The translations under genes were made by a program, and so were the position numbers. DNA of 64,000 bases from Candidatus Spongiisociaceae bacterium (GTDB lineage: Bacteria > Actinomycetota > Acidimicrobiia > Spongiisociales > Spongiisociaceae), in contig OZ253564.1 in NCBI GenBank assembly GCA_965262915.1, positions 1,856,001 to 1,920,000 of the forward strand, written 5' to 3'. Below the pieces are notes generated by a model. The model had not been told where the DNA came from and searched no databases. It saw nothing but the letters and a program-made list of their open reading frames with translations. Below are positions 47,853 through 56,939 of this stretch, in pieces (within the stretch, counting starts at the first letter, position 1; each line of letters begins with the position of its first letter).

Positions 47853-49388
47853 TCACGACCGGCGGCTGTCGGCAGGCCCGTCGAGCAGGTGGAAGAGCCA
47901 CTCGGCCGCGCCGGTCGCCGGTCCGGGAATGGCCCGTGTCCTGGTTCCCAGCGCGGCCAGCGCTCGGGCGGTTTCGGCCGCCGAGGCCGCCAGCGCGGCC
48001 CGGTTGCGCTCACCTCCGGGTTTGAGAGCGTTCACGATCTCGAAGGTGACCACATTCACCCTGGTCGGGGTGTGCTCGATCGAGGTCAACGACCATCGGC
48101 CGGTGGACGGGTTCCGGGTGACGGTGAACTGCAGGATCACCCCGTCCTGGGTTCCCGGCTTGCCATCCTCCCATCGCGGGGACTGGTTGGAGAGGAAGTT
48201 ACCCAGCCCGTAGACGAGGTACTCGTCCCCGATCCGATCCACGGGCTGCACCACATGGGCGTGATGGCCGATGATGAGATCGATATCGGGGGAGGACAGG
48301 AGGCGCGGTCCCAGGTCGGCCTGGTACCGGTCGGGCGCACGGCTGTACTCCGTTCCCCAATGCAGGGAAAGGATGATGAAGTCGGCGCCCGCGGCCCTCG
48401 CCCGACCGGCTTCCTCCAGGATGGCTTGCTCGTCGACGATGTTGACCATGTGGGCCTCCTCGGCGCGTAGCTCACCGATGTTGAGCCCGTAGGTGTAGGA
48501 GAGGTGAGCCACCGTCGCGCCTTTCACCTCTACCAAGTTGAGCCTCTCCTGCTCGTCGGGGGTGCGGGCCATCCCCGTGTGAGCCACGCCGGCGCGATCG
48601 AGCGCCTCGATCGTGCCGATCACCCCTCTCAGGCCGGTGTCGGCCGAGTGGTTGGAGGCCAGCGAGCAAGTGTCGTACCCGGCGTGGGCGATGGCATCGG
48701 CCAGCTGGTTGGGCACGTTGAACCGCGGATAGGAGGAGATCCGCTCGTTGTCGGGGGACATCGGCGTCTCCAGATGGCACACAGCCAGATCGGCCGCCCG
48801 CAGGATCTCCCTCACCTGGGAGAACATCGGTGTGAAGTCCCAGCCGTCGGCGGTGCGGGCCGTGCGGGCCACCGCCTTGTGGATGATCAGGTCACCGGTC
48901 GCGGCGATGGTGATCGAGCGGGATCGTCGGACGACCGTTGCCGTGGGCGCCGTCGACGTGGTGGCGGTCATCGCCGGGGCGGAGGTGGTGGAGGGCGCCG
49001 GGTGGGTGTCCGCCGGCAGAGAGGATGCCGCCCGTGCGCTCGAGGTGGGCGCGGTCGGATCGGGAACGGGCGCCGTGGTGGTCGTGGCAGAGGACGGTGT
49101 CCCGGCGGTCGGCTCGGGCGCGGTCGGGTCGGGAACGGGCGCCGTGGTGGTCGTGACCGGCGCCGTAGGGGGTCCGGCCGCCGTATCGACCGCCGGCATG
49201 GTCGGGTCGGGCGCAGGACCGGTACGGAATCCCGCCGCGATCTCCGCGGGGTCGGCCTCGCCGGTATGACCTGAACCCGCCAGCAACCATACGACCGGCG
49301 CGGCCACTGCGAGCAATCCGACAAGGACACCCAGGAGGGTGGTCCAAGACGGTGGAGGGCGACGGCCCGTCTTCCTCTGAACAGGCAT
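47853..49388 (-). CDS. CapA-family protein with N-terminal TM anchor and Pro/Thr linker
   Basis: ATGDLIIH, CHLETP, SLASNHSAD, LHWGTEY, IGHHAHVVQP, YGLGNFLS; start codon lies inside a MITE. Confidence 0.85.
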   Translation of the reverse strand: MPVQRKTGRRPPPSWTTLLGVLVGLLAVAAPVVWLLAGSGHTGEADPAEIAAGFRTGPAPDPTMPAVDTAAGPPTAPVTTTTAPVPDPTAPEPTAGTPSSATTTTAPVPDPTAPTSSARAASSLPADTHPAPSTTSAPAMTATTSTAPTATVVRRSRSITIAATGDLIIHKAVARTARTADGWDFTPMFSQVREILRAADLAVCHLETPMSPDNERISSYPRFNVPNQLADAIAHAGYDTCSLASNHSADTGLRGVIGTIEALDRAGVAHTGMARTPDEQERLNLVEVKGATVAHLSYTYGLNIGELRAEEAHMVNIVDEQAILEEAGRARAAGADFIILSLHWGTEYSRAPDRYQADLGPRLLSSPDIDLIIGHHAHVVQPVDRIGDEYLVYGLGNFLSNQSPRWEDGKPGTQDGVILQFTVTRNPSTGRWSLTSIEHTPTRVNVVTFEIVNALKPGGERNRAALAASAAETARALAALGTRTRAIPGPATGAAEWLFHLLDGPADSRRS

Positions 49389-49433
49389 TATGTCATCGGC
49401 CGACGGGCCGTGAAGGGGTTTTGCACCGCCCTC
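49335..49433. mobile_element. MITE family A copy 2 (99 bp, opposite orientation)
   Basis: TIRs GAGGGTGGTCCAAGAC / GTTTTGCACCGCCCTC; CCAG duplicated on both sides. Confidence 0.85.
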
Positions 49434-49645
49434 CCAGGATCGTGGTCGACCGGATGCCCGTACCCTCCCGCACCCTCAAGCGGCCCCCAACCCCATGCTC
49501 GGCAGTCCCGGACTGCCTGCGGTCTTGAGATCACGATCGACGGGACAGGACATCGTGTCGGTTCCGTTTGCGGGTCACGGAATGATACGCCTGCCATACC
49601 CATCCCAGCGGGAACCCGTCCCGGAGACGCATCGGGAGGGTCGCG

Positions 49646-50641
49646 TCAGGTTTGCTCCCGGGCGAGGCCGCGGCGGCGGACGATCTCGGCGGAGATGGCG
49701 GGCACCACTTCGTGGAGGTCGGCGATCACGGCCCAGTCGGCCTTGGTGACCATCGGGGCGTCCCGGTCGGTGTTGATGGCCAGGACGTTCTTGGCGTTCA
49801 TCATCCCGACCCAGTGTTGGATGGCGCCCGAGATACCGCAGGCTATATAGAGGTCAGGCGCCACGACGGTGCCGGTCTGGCCCACCTGGAACTTGTGGTT
49901 CTTCCATCCGTTGTTGGTCACCACCCTCGAGCAGCCCACCGCGCCTCCCAGCAGGTCGGCCAGTTCTTCGATGATGGAGAAGCCCTCGACGTTTCCTACG
50001 CCCCGCCCGCCGCTCACCACCACCGGGGCGGTGGCCAGGGTGATGCCCTCCGAGATCGTCACCCGGTCCTGCACCATGGTGACGGAGGCTGACTCGTCGA
50101 GGAGGGGCGTGAACACCGACACGCGACCCGCGCCCGGTACGCGGGCATGGGCGGCCTCCGTGCTGTGCGGGGCGAGCGTGACCAGCTTGGTGGGCGCGGA
50201 GAGCCTGGCCCGCTCGTGGAGGCTCCCGCCCCAGCGGACCCGGGTCATGAGCCAGTCCTCGCCGTCGGGTTCTATCTCCAGGCAGTTGGCAACCATCGCG
50301 AGGTCCAGGCGGGCCCCGGCGTGGGCCATGACCTCGTTACCACGGTCGGTTCCGGTTGCCATCACCGCGGCCGCACCCACGGAACGAGCCACCTGCACGA
50401 GGCTGTCGGCCCATGCGTCGGGCCCGTAGTCCCTGAGCAGTTCGTGCCGGACCACATGGACTTCCTCGGCGCCGAAGACGTCCATTCCGGCGGCCGGCCC
50501 GTCCGCGCCCTCGCCGATCACCGCCGTATGTAGAGAGGCGCCCATCGCCGCCGCCAGCCGCCTGGCCCCGGTGAGCCCTCCCAGGGTGGTCTCATCGATC
50601 CGGCCTCGATCATGCTCGACGAGGTACAGGAACACGCTCAT
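49646..50641 (-). CDS. etfA: Electron transfer flavoprotein alpha subunit
   Basis: VVSGGRGVG, QVGQTG, YIACGISGAIQH, AINTDRDAP; ATG 50641 overlaps the etfB stop. Confidence 0.93.
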   Translation of the reverse strand: MSVFLYLVEHDRGRIDETTLGGLTGARRLAAAMGASLHTAVIGEGADGPAAGMDVFGAEEVHVVRHELLRDYGPDAWADSLVQVARSVGAAAVMATGTDRGNEVMAHAGARLDLAMVANCLEIEPDGEDWLMTRVRWGGSLHERARLSAPTKLVTLAPHSTEAAHARVPGAGRVSVFTPLLDESASVTMVQDRVTISEGITLATAPVVVSGGRGVGNVEGFSIIEELADLLGGAVGCSRVVTNNGWKNHKFQVGQTGTVVAPDLYIACGISGAIQHWVGMMNAKNVLAINTDRDAPMVTKADWAVIADLHEVVPAISAEIVRRRGLAREQT

Positions 50642-51405
50642 ATCAGGCCCAGACCTTCCAGGATGTCGACGATGGCGGGTGCGGCCTCCGCTCCCTCCCC
50701 GAGAACGTCGACCCTGGTTCCGGCGGCCGGGGGTGTGACCAGGATCACCTTGGACTGCCCGCTCGATCCCGGTACGGGCTCGATGCGCGATATCGGGGCC
50801 CGCCGGGCGGCCATCCTCCCTCGCAGGGTCGGGTAGCGGGGCAGGTTGATGCCCTCCTTCACCGCCACCACCGCCGGGAGAGGCAGCCGGTAGACCTCCG
50901 AACCGGAAGGTGTCTCGCGCCGGGCGGTGATCCCTCCCTCCTCGGTGTCTATACCCTTGATCCCACTCACGATGGGCCGTCCCAGGGTCCGGGCCACCCG
51001 GATGCCCACCTGGTAGCCGCACGAGTCGGCTGATTCGCTACCGAACAGGATCAGGTCGAACGGATCCTCCTGGCCGGTCTCCATCTCGCCTATGGCGGCG
51101 GTGAGTGCCTTGGCGGTGGATACCGGATCCCAGTCGGGGATGTCGGTGGGCAGCAGCACCGCCGACGTCGCACCGACCGCCACGGCCGACCGAAGCTGTT
51201 CCTCGGCTTCCGGGGGACCCAGCGTCATCACGGTCACGGAGCCGCCCTCCCGTTCGACGATCCGGACCGCCTCCTCCACGGCGCACTCCTCGTGGGGGCT
51301 CACGGTGAACCCCAGCAGGGACGAGTCGATGTCCTGGCCGTCCGGGGTCAGGACGATCTTCGCTCCCGGCGCCGGGACCCGCTTGACGCACACCAGGATC
51401 CGCAC
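50638..51405 (-). CDS. etfB: Electron transfer flavoprotein beta subunit
   Basis: MRILVCVKRVP, AVEEAVR, DLILFGSESAD, INLPRYPTL. Confidence 0.93.
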   Translation of the reverse strand: MRILVCVKRVPAPGAKIVLTPDGQDIDSSLLGFTVSPHEECAVEEAVRIVEREGGSVTVMTLGPPEAEEQLRSAVAVGATSAVLLPTDIPDWDPVSTAKALTAAIGEMETGQEDPFDLILFGSESADSCGYQVGIRVARTLGRPIVSGIKGIDTEEGGITARRETPSGSEVYRLPLPAVVAVKEGINLPRYPTLRGRMAARRAPISRIEPVPGSSGQSKVILVTPPAAGTRVDVLGEGAEAAPAIVDILEGLGLI

Positions 51406-51425
51406 GACCTACCTCCGGACCGCCA

Positions 51426-53936
51426 TCAGCGCTTCATCCGGCTGTCGTCCGGATCGAACAGCGGTCGGGACCCGACCCGCGCCACCTTGACCGGGAACAA
51501 CTCGTTCTGGTACATGATCCGGAGTTCCTTCCCCTCCTCCGCCATGTCCGTGGGCAGGTACCCGATCAGTATGTAAGTGTACAGGGACGGTGCGGCGCCG
51601 GCCGAGGTGACCCGCGAAACGCGGCCCTTGGAGTCCACGATCCGCTCGCCGTCCGGAGTGAGGATCGGCTCGTTGCCACCCATCGGGAAGCGGGGGATAC
51701 CCGAGTCGGATACGTGGCTCTCCATCGTCAGGGTGCAACACACCGCCGCGGGGCCCGCGGCCCGGGCAGCGAGATAGGCTTCCTTGCCGATGAAGTCGGC
51801 GCTCTTGACCCTGGGGCGGGCCAGACCGGCCTCGACCGGGTTGTACTCCGATTCCAGTTCGGCCCCCATGAGACGGTAACCCTTCTCAAGGCGGGCCGTG
51901 GTTCCGTAGACGCCGGCGCCGACCGGTACCACCCCGAACTCCTGGCCGGCCTCCCACAGGGCCTGCCACAGCATGGGGGCGTGTTCCATGTTCGTGTACA
52001 CCTCCCATCCGAGGTCGCCCACATAGGAGATGCGGAACATGGTGACCGGAATCGAATCGATCGTGGCGTGTTTGAAGGTGCCGTAACGGAACCCCTCGTG
52101 GGAGATGTCGTCGGACGTGAGCTTCTGAACCAGGCTGCGGGCCTGAGGTCCCCACACTCCGATGGTGGACAGGGACGAGGTGATATCGGTGAAGGTGACG
52201 GATCCGTCCTCGGGGAGCCATTTGCGGAACCAGTAGGAGTCGCGCCCGCCGTCGAAGCCTCCGGTCACCACCCTGAAATGGTCTTCTCCCATCCGCAGCA
52301 CGGTCAGGTCGGATCGGAAGCCGCCTCTCTCGGTGAGGAGTGGCGTGTATATCCCTCTTCCCGGCGCATAGTTCACCTGGTTGACCGTCATGTGCTGCAT
52401 GTAGTCGAGCGCGCCCGGTCCCTTGATGTCGAAGATGGCGAACGCGGTCAGGTCGACCATCCCCACCCTGTCCCGCAGCGCCAGGTGCTCGGCGTTCTGG
52501 ATGGGTGACCACCAGCGGGAGTCCCACTCGTGGGGGCGTTGGGGGATCCGGTCGGCGTACTCCTCCAGCAGGGGGGTGTTGGACTCATACCAGTGGGGCC
52601 GTTCCCATCCTCCGGCCTCGAAATAGACGGCCCCGAGCGCCGACGTGGTGGTGTGGAGGGTACTGACCCGGCTGTTGCGTCGACTGTCCCACTGCTCCCG
52701 TGGGTGGACGATCCCGTAGGTCTTGTTGAAGTGCTCCGCGCACCGGGAGAGGATGTGCTGCTCGGACTTCATGTAGGGATAGAAGCGGGCGATGTCCGAG
52801 GCGTGGGGATCGATCTCGGGGTAGCCCTGGGTCATCCACTCGGCCAGCGCCCGCCCCGTGCCGGGGCCTTCCTTGATCCAGATCGCCGCGCAGGACCACA
52901 GGTTCTTCACCTCCGGGGTCTCTCCGACCAGGGGCATCGCGTCCGGCGTCAGCGAGAGCAGTCCGTTGATGCCGTACTTGATCTCGGCATCACCCAGCAA
53001 CGGCATCAGCTCCATGGCCTGCTCGAGTTGGGGATCGAAGTCGTCCATGGTCAGCGGCAACTCCGTGGGCGACAGGCGGGCTTCCTCGATCGAGGGGATG
53101 GTGTCGGGGTGGTGGAAGATCGGCCGGTGGGCATAGGACCCTACCTCCATGGAGCCGCCCGTCTGGCGCTCGTAGCAGAAGGTGTCCGCGTCGCGGACGA
53201 TCGGATAGCCGATCTCGCTGTTGGTGGCCGCCAGCACTTCGAGCGGACCCACGTCGATCATCTGGTGTACGGCCGGCGTGAGAGGGATCGAGGCACCGGC
53301 CATCGTGGCCAGGCGAGGTGACCAGACCCCACAGGCGATGACCACGTAGTCGCAGGTGATCCTCCCTTTGTTGGTGACCACCGCCCGGATCCGTGACCGC
53401 TTCGTCTCGATGTCCAGTACCTCCGTTACCGGGTGGACCGACAGGGCGCCCTTGCCCTGCGCGTACTCGCGCATCAGGGTCCCGGCGCGCAGGGAGTCGA
53501 CCACCGACACGCCGGGCGTATACCATCCACCCAGGATCACCGACTCGTCCAGGAAGGGCACCAACTCCTTCGCCTCGGCCGGGCTTACCAGCCAGCTCTC
53601 GATGCCCCAGCACCTGGCCGAGGTCATGCGTCGGTTGAGTTCGTGCAACCGTTCCTCGGTGCGGGCCAACTCCAGGCCTCCCGAGGTGACGCTGACTTCC
53701 ATCTCCTCGTACTGATGCTGGCTGTCGAGGGTGAGGTGGGTCATCTCCTTGTTGTGGTCCACCGGATAGATGAAGTTGGAGGCGTGCCCGGTGGAGCCGC
53801 CGGGGTTGGGCAGGGGGCCTTTGTCGAGCTGGACGATGTCTCGCCAGCCGAGCGCGGCGAGGTGTTTGACCACCGAGTTACCGACGATTCCGGCGCCGAT
53901 GACTACCACCTGGGCGCTGGTTGGGAGATCGCTCAT
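51426..53936 (-). CDS. GcvT-family FAD-dependent oxidoreductase (dimethylglycine oxidase/sarcosine dehydrogenase-like)
   Basis: VIGAGIVG, NPGGSTGHAS, LLSLTPD, GGWERP, RISYVGDLGWE, RLEKGYR; co-transcribed with etfBA. Confidence 0.9.
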   Translation of the reverse strand: MSDLPTSAQVVVIGAGIVGNSVVKHLAALGWRDIVQLDKGPLPNPGGSTGHASNFIYPVDHNKEMTHLTLDSQHQYEEMEVSVTSGGLELARTEERLHELNRRMTSARCWGIESWLVSPAEAKELVPFLDESVILGGWYTPGVSVVDSLRAGTLMREYAQGKGALSVHPVTEVLDIETKRSRIRAVVTNKGRITCDYVVIACGVWSPRLATMAGASIPLTPAVHQMIDVGPLEVLAATNSEIGYPIVRDADTFCYERQTGGSMEVGSYAHRPIFHHPDTIPSIEEARLSPTELPLTMDDFDPQLEQAMELMPLLGDAEIKYGINGLLSLTPDAMPLVGETPEVKNLWSCAAIWIKEGPGTGRALAEWMTQGYPEIDPHASDIARFYPYMKSEQHILSRCAEHFNKTYGIVHPREQWDSRRNSRVSTLHTTTSALGAVYFEAGGWERPHWYESNTPLLEEYADRIPQRPHEWDSRWWSPIQNAEHLALRDRVGMVDLTAFAIFDIKGPGALDYMQHMTVNQVNYAPGRGIYTPLLTERGGFRSDLTVLRMGEDHFRVVTGGFDGGRDSYWFRKWLPEDGSVTFTDITSSLSTIGVWGPQARSLVQKLTSDDISHEGFRYGTFKHATIDSIPVTMFRISYVGDLGWEVYTNMEHAPMLWQALWEAGQEFGVVPVGAGVYGTTARLEKGYRLMGAELESEYNPVEAGLARPRVKSADFIGKEAYLAARAAGPAAVCCTLTMESHVSDSGIPRFPMGGNEPILTPDGERIVDSKGRVSRVTSAGAAPSLYTYILIGYLPTDMAEEGKELRIMYQNELFPVKVARVGSRPLFDPDDSRMKR

Positions 53937-53959
53937 CCCTGGCTCCTGTTCCTACCCCT

Positions 53960-53994
53960 GTTCCATATCGTGGAACCCTCTTACGATACGGAAC
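53960..53994. promoter_or_regulatory. Tandem 17-bp operator pair upstream of the dehydrogenase-etf operon
   Basis: Perfect palindrome GTTCCA-TATCG-TGGAAC, then c CTCTTA-CGATA-CGGAAC. Confidence 0.7.
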
Positions 53995-54132
53995 AGCTTA
54001 ACCGTCGTTCGGGTAGGATGTCACCGCCAGACAGGGCGGGACAGCCCCCTGAACGGCTCATCGGCCACCGGTTGGCGGGTAATCCGACCGGGCGGAGATC
54101 CGCTGGCCGGAGAGCGCCGGTTGGGGTATGCT

Positions 54133-54167
54133 GTTCCACGATGTAGAACTGTTCCGCATCCTGAGAC
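54133..54167. promoter_or_regulatory. Tandem 17-bp operator pair upstream of the corrinoid operon
   Basis: GTTCCA-CGATG-TAGAAC t GTTCCG-CATCC-TGAGAC. Confidence 0.7.
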
Positions 54168-54212
54168 CATGATGCGGCTCCGTTCCCGGGTGAAGGGTTC
54201 CCATCCGCTCCC

Positions 54213-54920
54213 ATGGAAATGTTTGACGAAGAACTCGACCTCCGAACGCTCCCCGACGACGAACTCGTCGAGCAGATGCACGACGATCTCTACGACGGCC
54301 TCGCCGAGGAGATCCACGAGGGAACCTGCATCTTGCTGGAGCGAGGATGGAGTGCTTCCGAGGTGCTCAACGACGCCCTAGTGGCGGGCATGAGGATCGT
54401 CGGGATCGACTTCCGGGACGGGATTCTCTTCGTTCCCGAAGTCCTGCTGGCGGCCAACGCGATGAAAGCAGGTATGGCGATACTGCGTCCCCTCCTGGCG
54501 GAGACCGGCGCAGAGACCGTCGGCAAGGTAGTGATCGGGACCGTCAAGGGGGATATCCACGACATCGGCAAGAACCTGGTGGGAATGATGATGGAGGGGG
54601 CCGGGTTCGAGGTGATCGACCTTGGAATCAACACCGATGTCGAGGAGTTTCTGGAAGCACTCGACCTTCACCAACCCAACATTCTCGGGATGTCGGCCCT
54701 GCTGACGACCACCATGCCCTACATGAAGGTGGTTGTCGACACCCTCATCGCCAGGGGACTGAGGGACCGCTACATCGTCATGGTGGGCGGCGCGCCGCTC
54801 AACGAGGAATTCGGCCGGGCGGTCGGCGCCGATGCCTACTGCCGGGACGCCGCGGTAGCGGCCGAGACCGCCAAGGATCTGGTCGCAAGGCAGCGTATCC
54901 TCATGAGCGAGCATGTCTGA
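54213..54920 (+). CDS. Corrinoid (B12-binding) methyl-carrier protein
   Basis: FVPEVLLAANAMK cap domain; GTVKGDIHDIGKNLV (DxHxxG), MSALLTTT, VGGAP. Confidence 0.93.
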   Translation: MEMFDEELDLRTLPDDELVEQMHDDLYDGLAEEIHEGTCILLERGWSASEVLNDALVAGMRIVGIDFRDGILFVPEVLLAANAMKAGMAILRPLLAETGAETVGKVVIGTVKGDIHDIGKNLVGMMMEGAGFEVIDLGINTDVEEFLEALDLHQPNILGMSALLTTTMPYMKVVVDTLIARGLRDRYIVMVGGAPLNEEFGRAVGADAYCRDAAVAAETAKDLVARQRILMSEHV

Positions 54921-55593
54921 GGAGATCACTCCCGGGACGGCTTTCTCGGGAGTAACCCCGCTCGGGACCGGTACCGTCGGGGCGAGCACCGCGCCGCGCC
55001 TTCTGGTACTGGCTTGCGGGGCGCTCGCCTCGGAGATCCTCTACTTCACCAGGATCAACGGTTGGGATCATGTTACCCTCGCCTGCCTCCCCGCCCGGCT
55101 GCACAACACGCCGGACCGGATCGTCCCGGAGTTGGAAGCGCGGCTGCAGGCGGTGGCCGGCCGGTACGACAAGGTGCTGATCGGCTACGCCGACTGCGGG
55201 ACCGGAGGCCATCTCGATTCCCTCCTCGAGCGGTGGGAGAACGTCGAGCGGTTGCCCGGCGCCCACTGCTACGAGTTCTTCGCCACTTCGCCCGTGTTCA
55301 TGGAACTGCACGAGGCGGAACTCGGGACGTTCTACCTCACCGACTTCCTCGCTCGTCACTTCGACCGCCTGGTATGGCAGTTCCTGGGGCTCGACCGCTA
55401 TCCGCAGTTGCGGGACATGTACTTCGGGAACTACCGGAAGCTCGCCTACCTGTCCCAGTTCGATGATCCGTCGCTGGAGGAACGGGCCCGAGAGGCCGCT
55501 GCCCGCCTGGGCCTTGAGTTCCAGCACCATCGGGTCGGGCTCGGAGAGTTGGGCGCGAGCCTGGAGCGCTTCGCCGCTGCGGCGACGGGTTGA
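54913..55593 (+). CDS. DUF1638 domain protein
   Basis: LACGALA, LPARLHNTPDRI, YADCGTGG, GAHCYEFF, TFYLTDFL. Confidence 0.75.
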   Translation: MSEEITPGTAFSGVTPLGTGTVGASTAPRLLVLACGALASEILYFTRINGWDHVTLACLPARLHNTPDRIVPELEARLQAVAGRYDKVLIGYADCGTGGHLDSLLERWENVERLPGAHCYEFFATSPVFMELHEAELGTFYLTDFLARHFDRLVWQFLGLDRYPQLRDMYFGNYRKLAYLSQFDDPSLEERAREAAARLGLEFQHHRVGLGELGASLERFAAAATG

Positions 55594-55638
55594 TCCGACC
55601 ATGTACGGCGACCAGGCACCGAGAGCGGCTCGCAGGCC

Positions 55639-56025
55639 ATGACCGGGCGGCGTACCACGGCGCGTAACCAGAGGGCCAGGTCCGAGTTGATCACAATCCT
55701 GTGGCGTGACATACCGGCTCAGGTCACCGCCCGCTCGGGGAGGAACAAGATGGCGATCGAGCTTCCCGGACCCTTCCAGACAGCCATCGACCGCGCTGCG
55801 ATGGTGGCGGGCAAGCAGAGATACGACGAATACATAGAAGAGTGGCGCCGGACCGCCACCCCATGCGGGGAGGATGTCGAGGCCGAGGCGGCATCCGCGG
55901 CCGCTCGCATCGAGAGCGAGTACCCCAACTCGAGGCTCTTCAGGCTGGCGGCCAACGGGGGCTACGAGAATCCCCCCGGAGCTCCGAGGATGGCAGAAGA
56001 CGGGCAAGGGGAGGGTGGCCGGTGA
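55639..56025 (+). CDS. Small protein of the 'virulence factor' family found in B12 methyltransferase clusters
   Basis: ILWRDIPAQV, FQTAIDRAAM, YIEEWRR. Confidence 0.7.
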   Translation: MTGRRTTARNQRARSELITILWRDIPAQVTARSGRNKMAIELPGPFQTAIDRAAMVAGKQRYDEYIEEWRRTATPCGEDVEAEAASAAARIESEYPNSRLFRLAANGGYENPPGAPRMAEDGQGEGGR

Positions 56026-56933
56026 CCTACACGGTGGTGAGTTCGGCGACCCGTGAGGTCGCGATCGGGCCGGACCGTCCTTTCGTGGTGATCGGGGAGC
56101 GGATCAACCCGACCGGACGCCGGCTGCTGGCAGCCGAGATGCGGGAAGGCGACTATCACCGGGTCGAGGCCGACGCCCTGGCCCAGGTGGCGGCCGGCGC
56201 CCACATGCTGGACATCAATGCCGGCATCCCCCTGGCGGACGAGCCGGCCATCCTGGCCGAGGTCGTAAAGCTGGTCCAGTCCCTGGTGGACGTACCCCTG
56301 GCCATTGACTCGTCGATCGTCGAAGCCTTGGAGGCCGGCTTGGCGGTGTACCAGGGTAAGGCTCTAGTCAACTCGGTGACCGGCGAGGAGGACCGCCTCG
56401 AACGGGTCCTGCCGCTGGTAGCGAAGCACGGGGCGGCTGTGGTGGCCATCTCCAACGACGAGTCCGGCATCTCGGAGGACCCGGATGTGCGGTTCGCGGT
56501 GGCCGCCAAGATCGTGAGGCGGGCTGCCGATCACGGGATCCCGGCCGCGGACGTAGTAGTCGACCCGCTGGTCATGCCGGTGGGCGCCTTGCGCTACGCC
56601 GGAGTCCAGGTATTCGATATCCTGCGCCGGCTGCGGGACGAACTGGGCGTCAACTCCATGTGCGGCGCTTCCAATATCAGTTTCGGTCTGCCCAACCGGG
56701 CCGGGATCAACAGCGCGTTTCTCGCCATGGCCATCTCCAACGGCCTCACGTCGGCCATCACCAATCCTCTCGAGAAGGAGATCCTCGCATCGATCAAGGC
56801 CGCCGACGTGCTCACGGGAAACGACCGCGACTGCGTCAGCTGGATCCGGTCCTTCCGTGACCCTGCCGCGGCAGGCGGGCACAGGTCTCGCCGCCGTGGC
56901 GGTAGGCGCCGGCAGGCGGGGCGCGGTAGGTAG
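56022..56933 (+). CDS. Methyltetrahydrofolate:corrinoid methyltransferase (pterin-binding domain)
   Basis: VIGERINPTGR, LDINAG, LAIDSS, VNSVTGE, VDPLVMP, GASNISFGLP; GTG start overlaps the upstream TGA. Confidence 0.9.
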   Translation: MTYTVVSSATREVAIGPDRPFVVIGERINPTGRRLLAAEMREGDYHRVEADALAQVAAGAHMLDINAGIPLADEPAILAEVVKLVQSLVDVPLAIDSSIVEALEAGLAVYQGKALVNSVTGEEDRLERVLPLVAKHGAAVVAISNDESGISEDPDVRFAVAAKIVRRAADHGIPAADVVVDPLVMPVGALRYAGVQVFDILRRLRDELGVNSMCGASNISFGLPNRAGINSAFLAMAISNGLTSAITNPLEKEILASIKAADVLTGNDRDCVSWIRSFRDPAAAGGHRSRRRGGRRRQAGRGR

Positions 56934-56939
56934 CGCACC

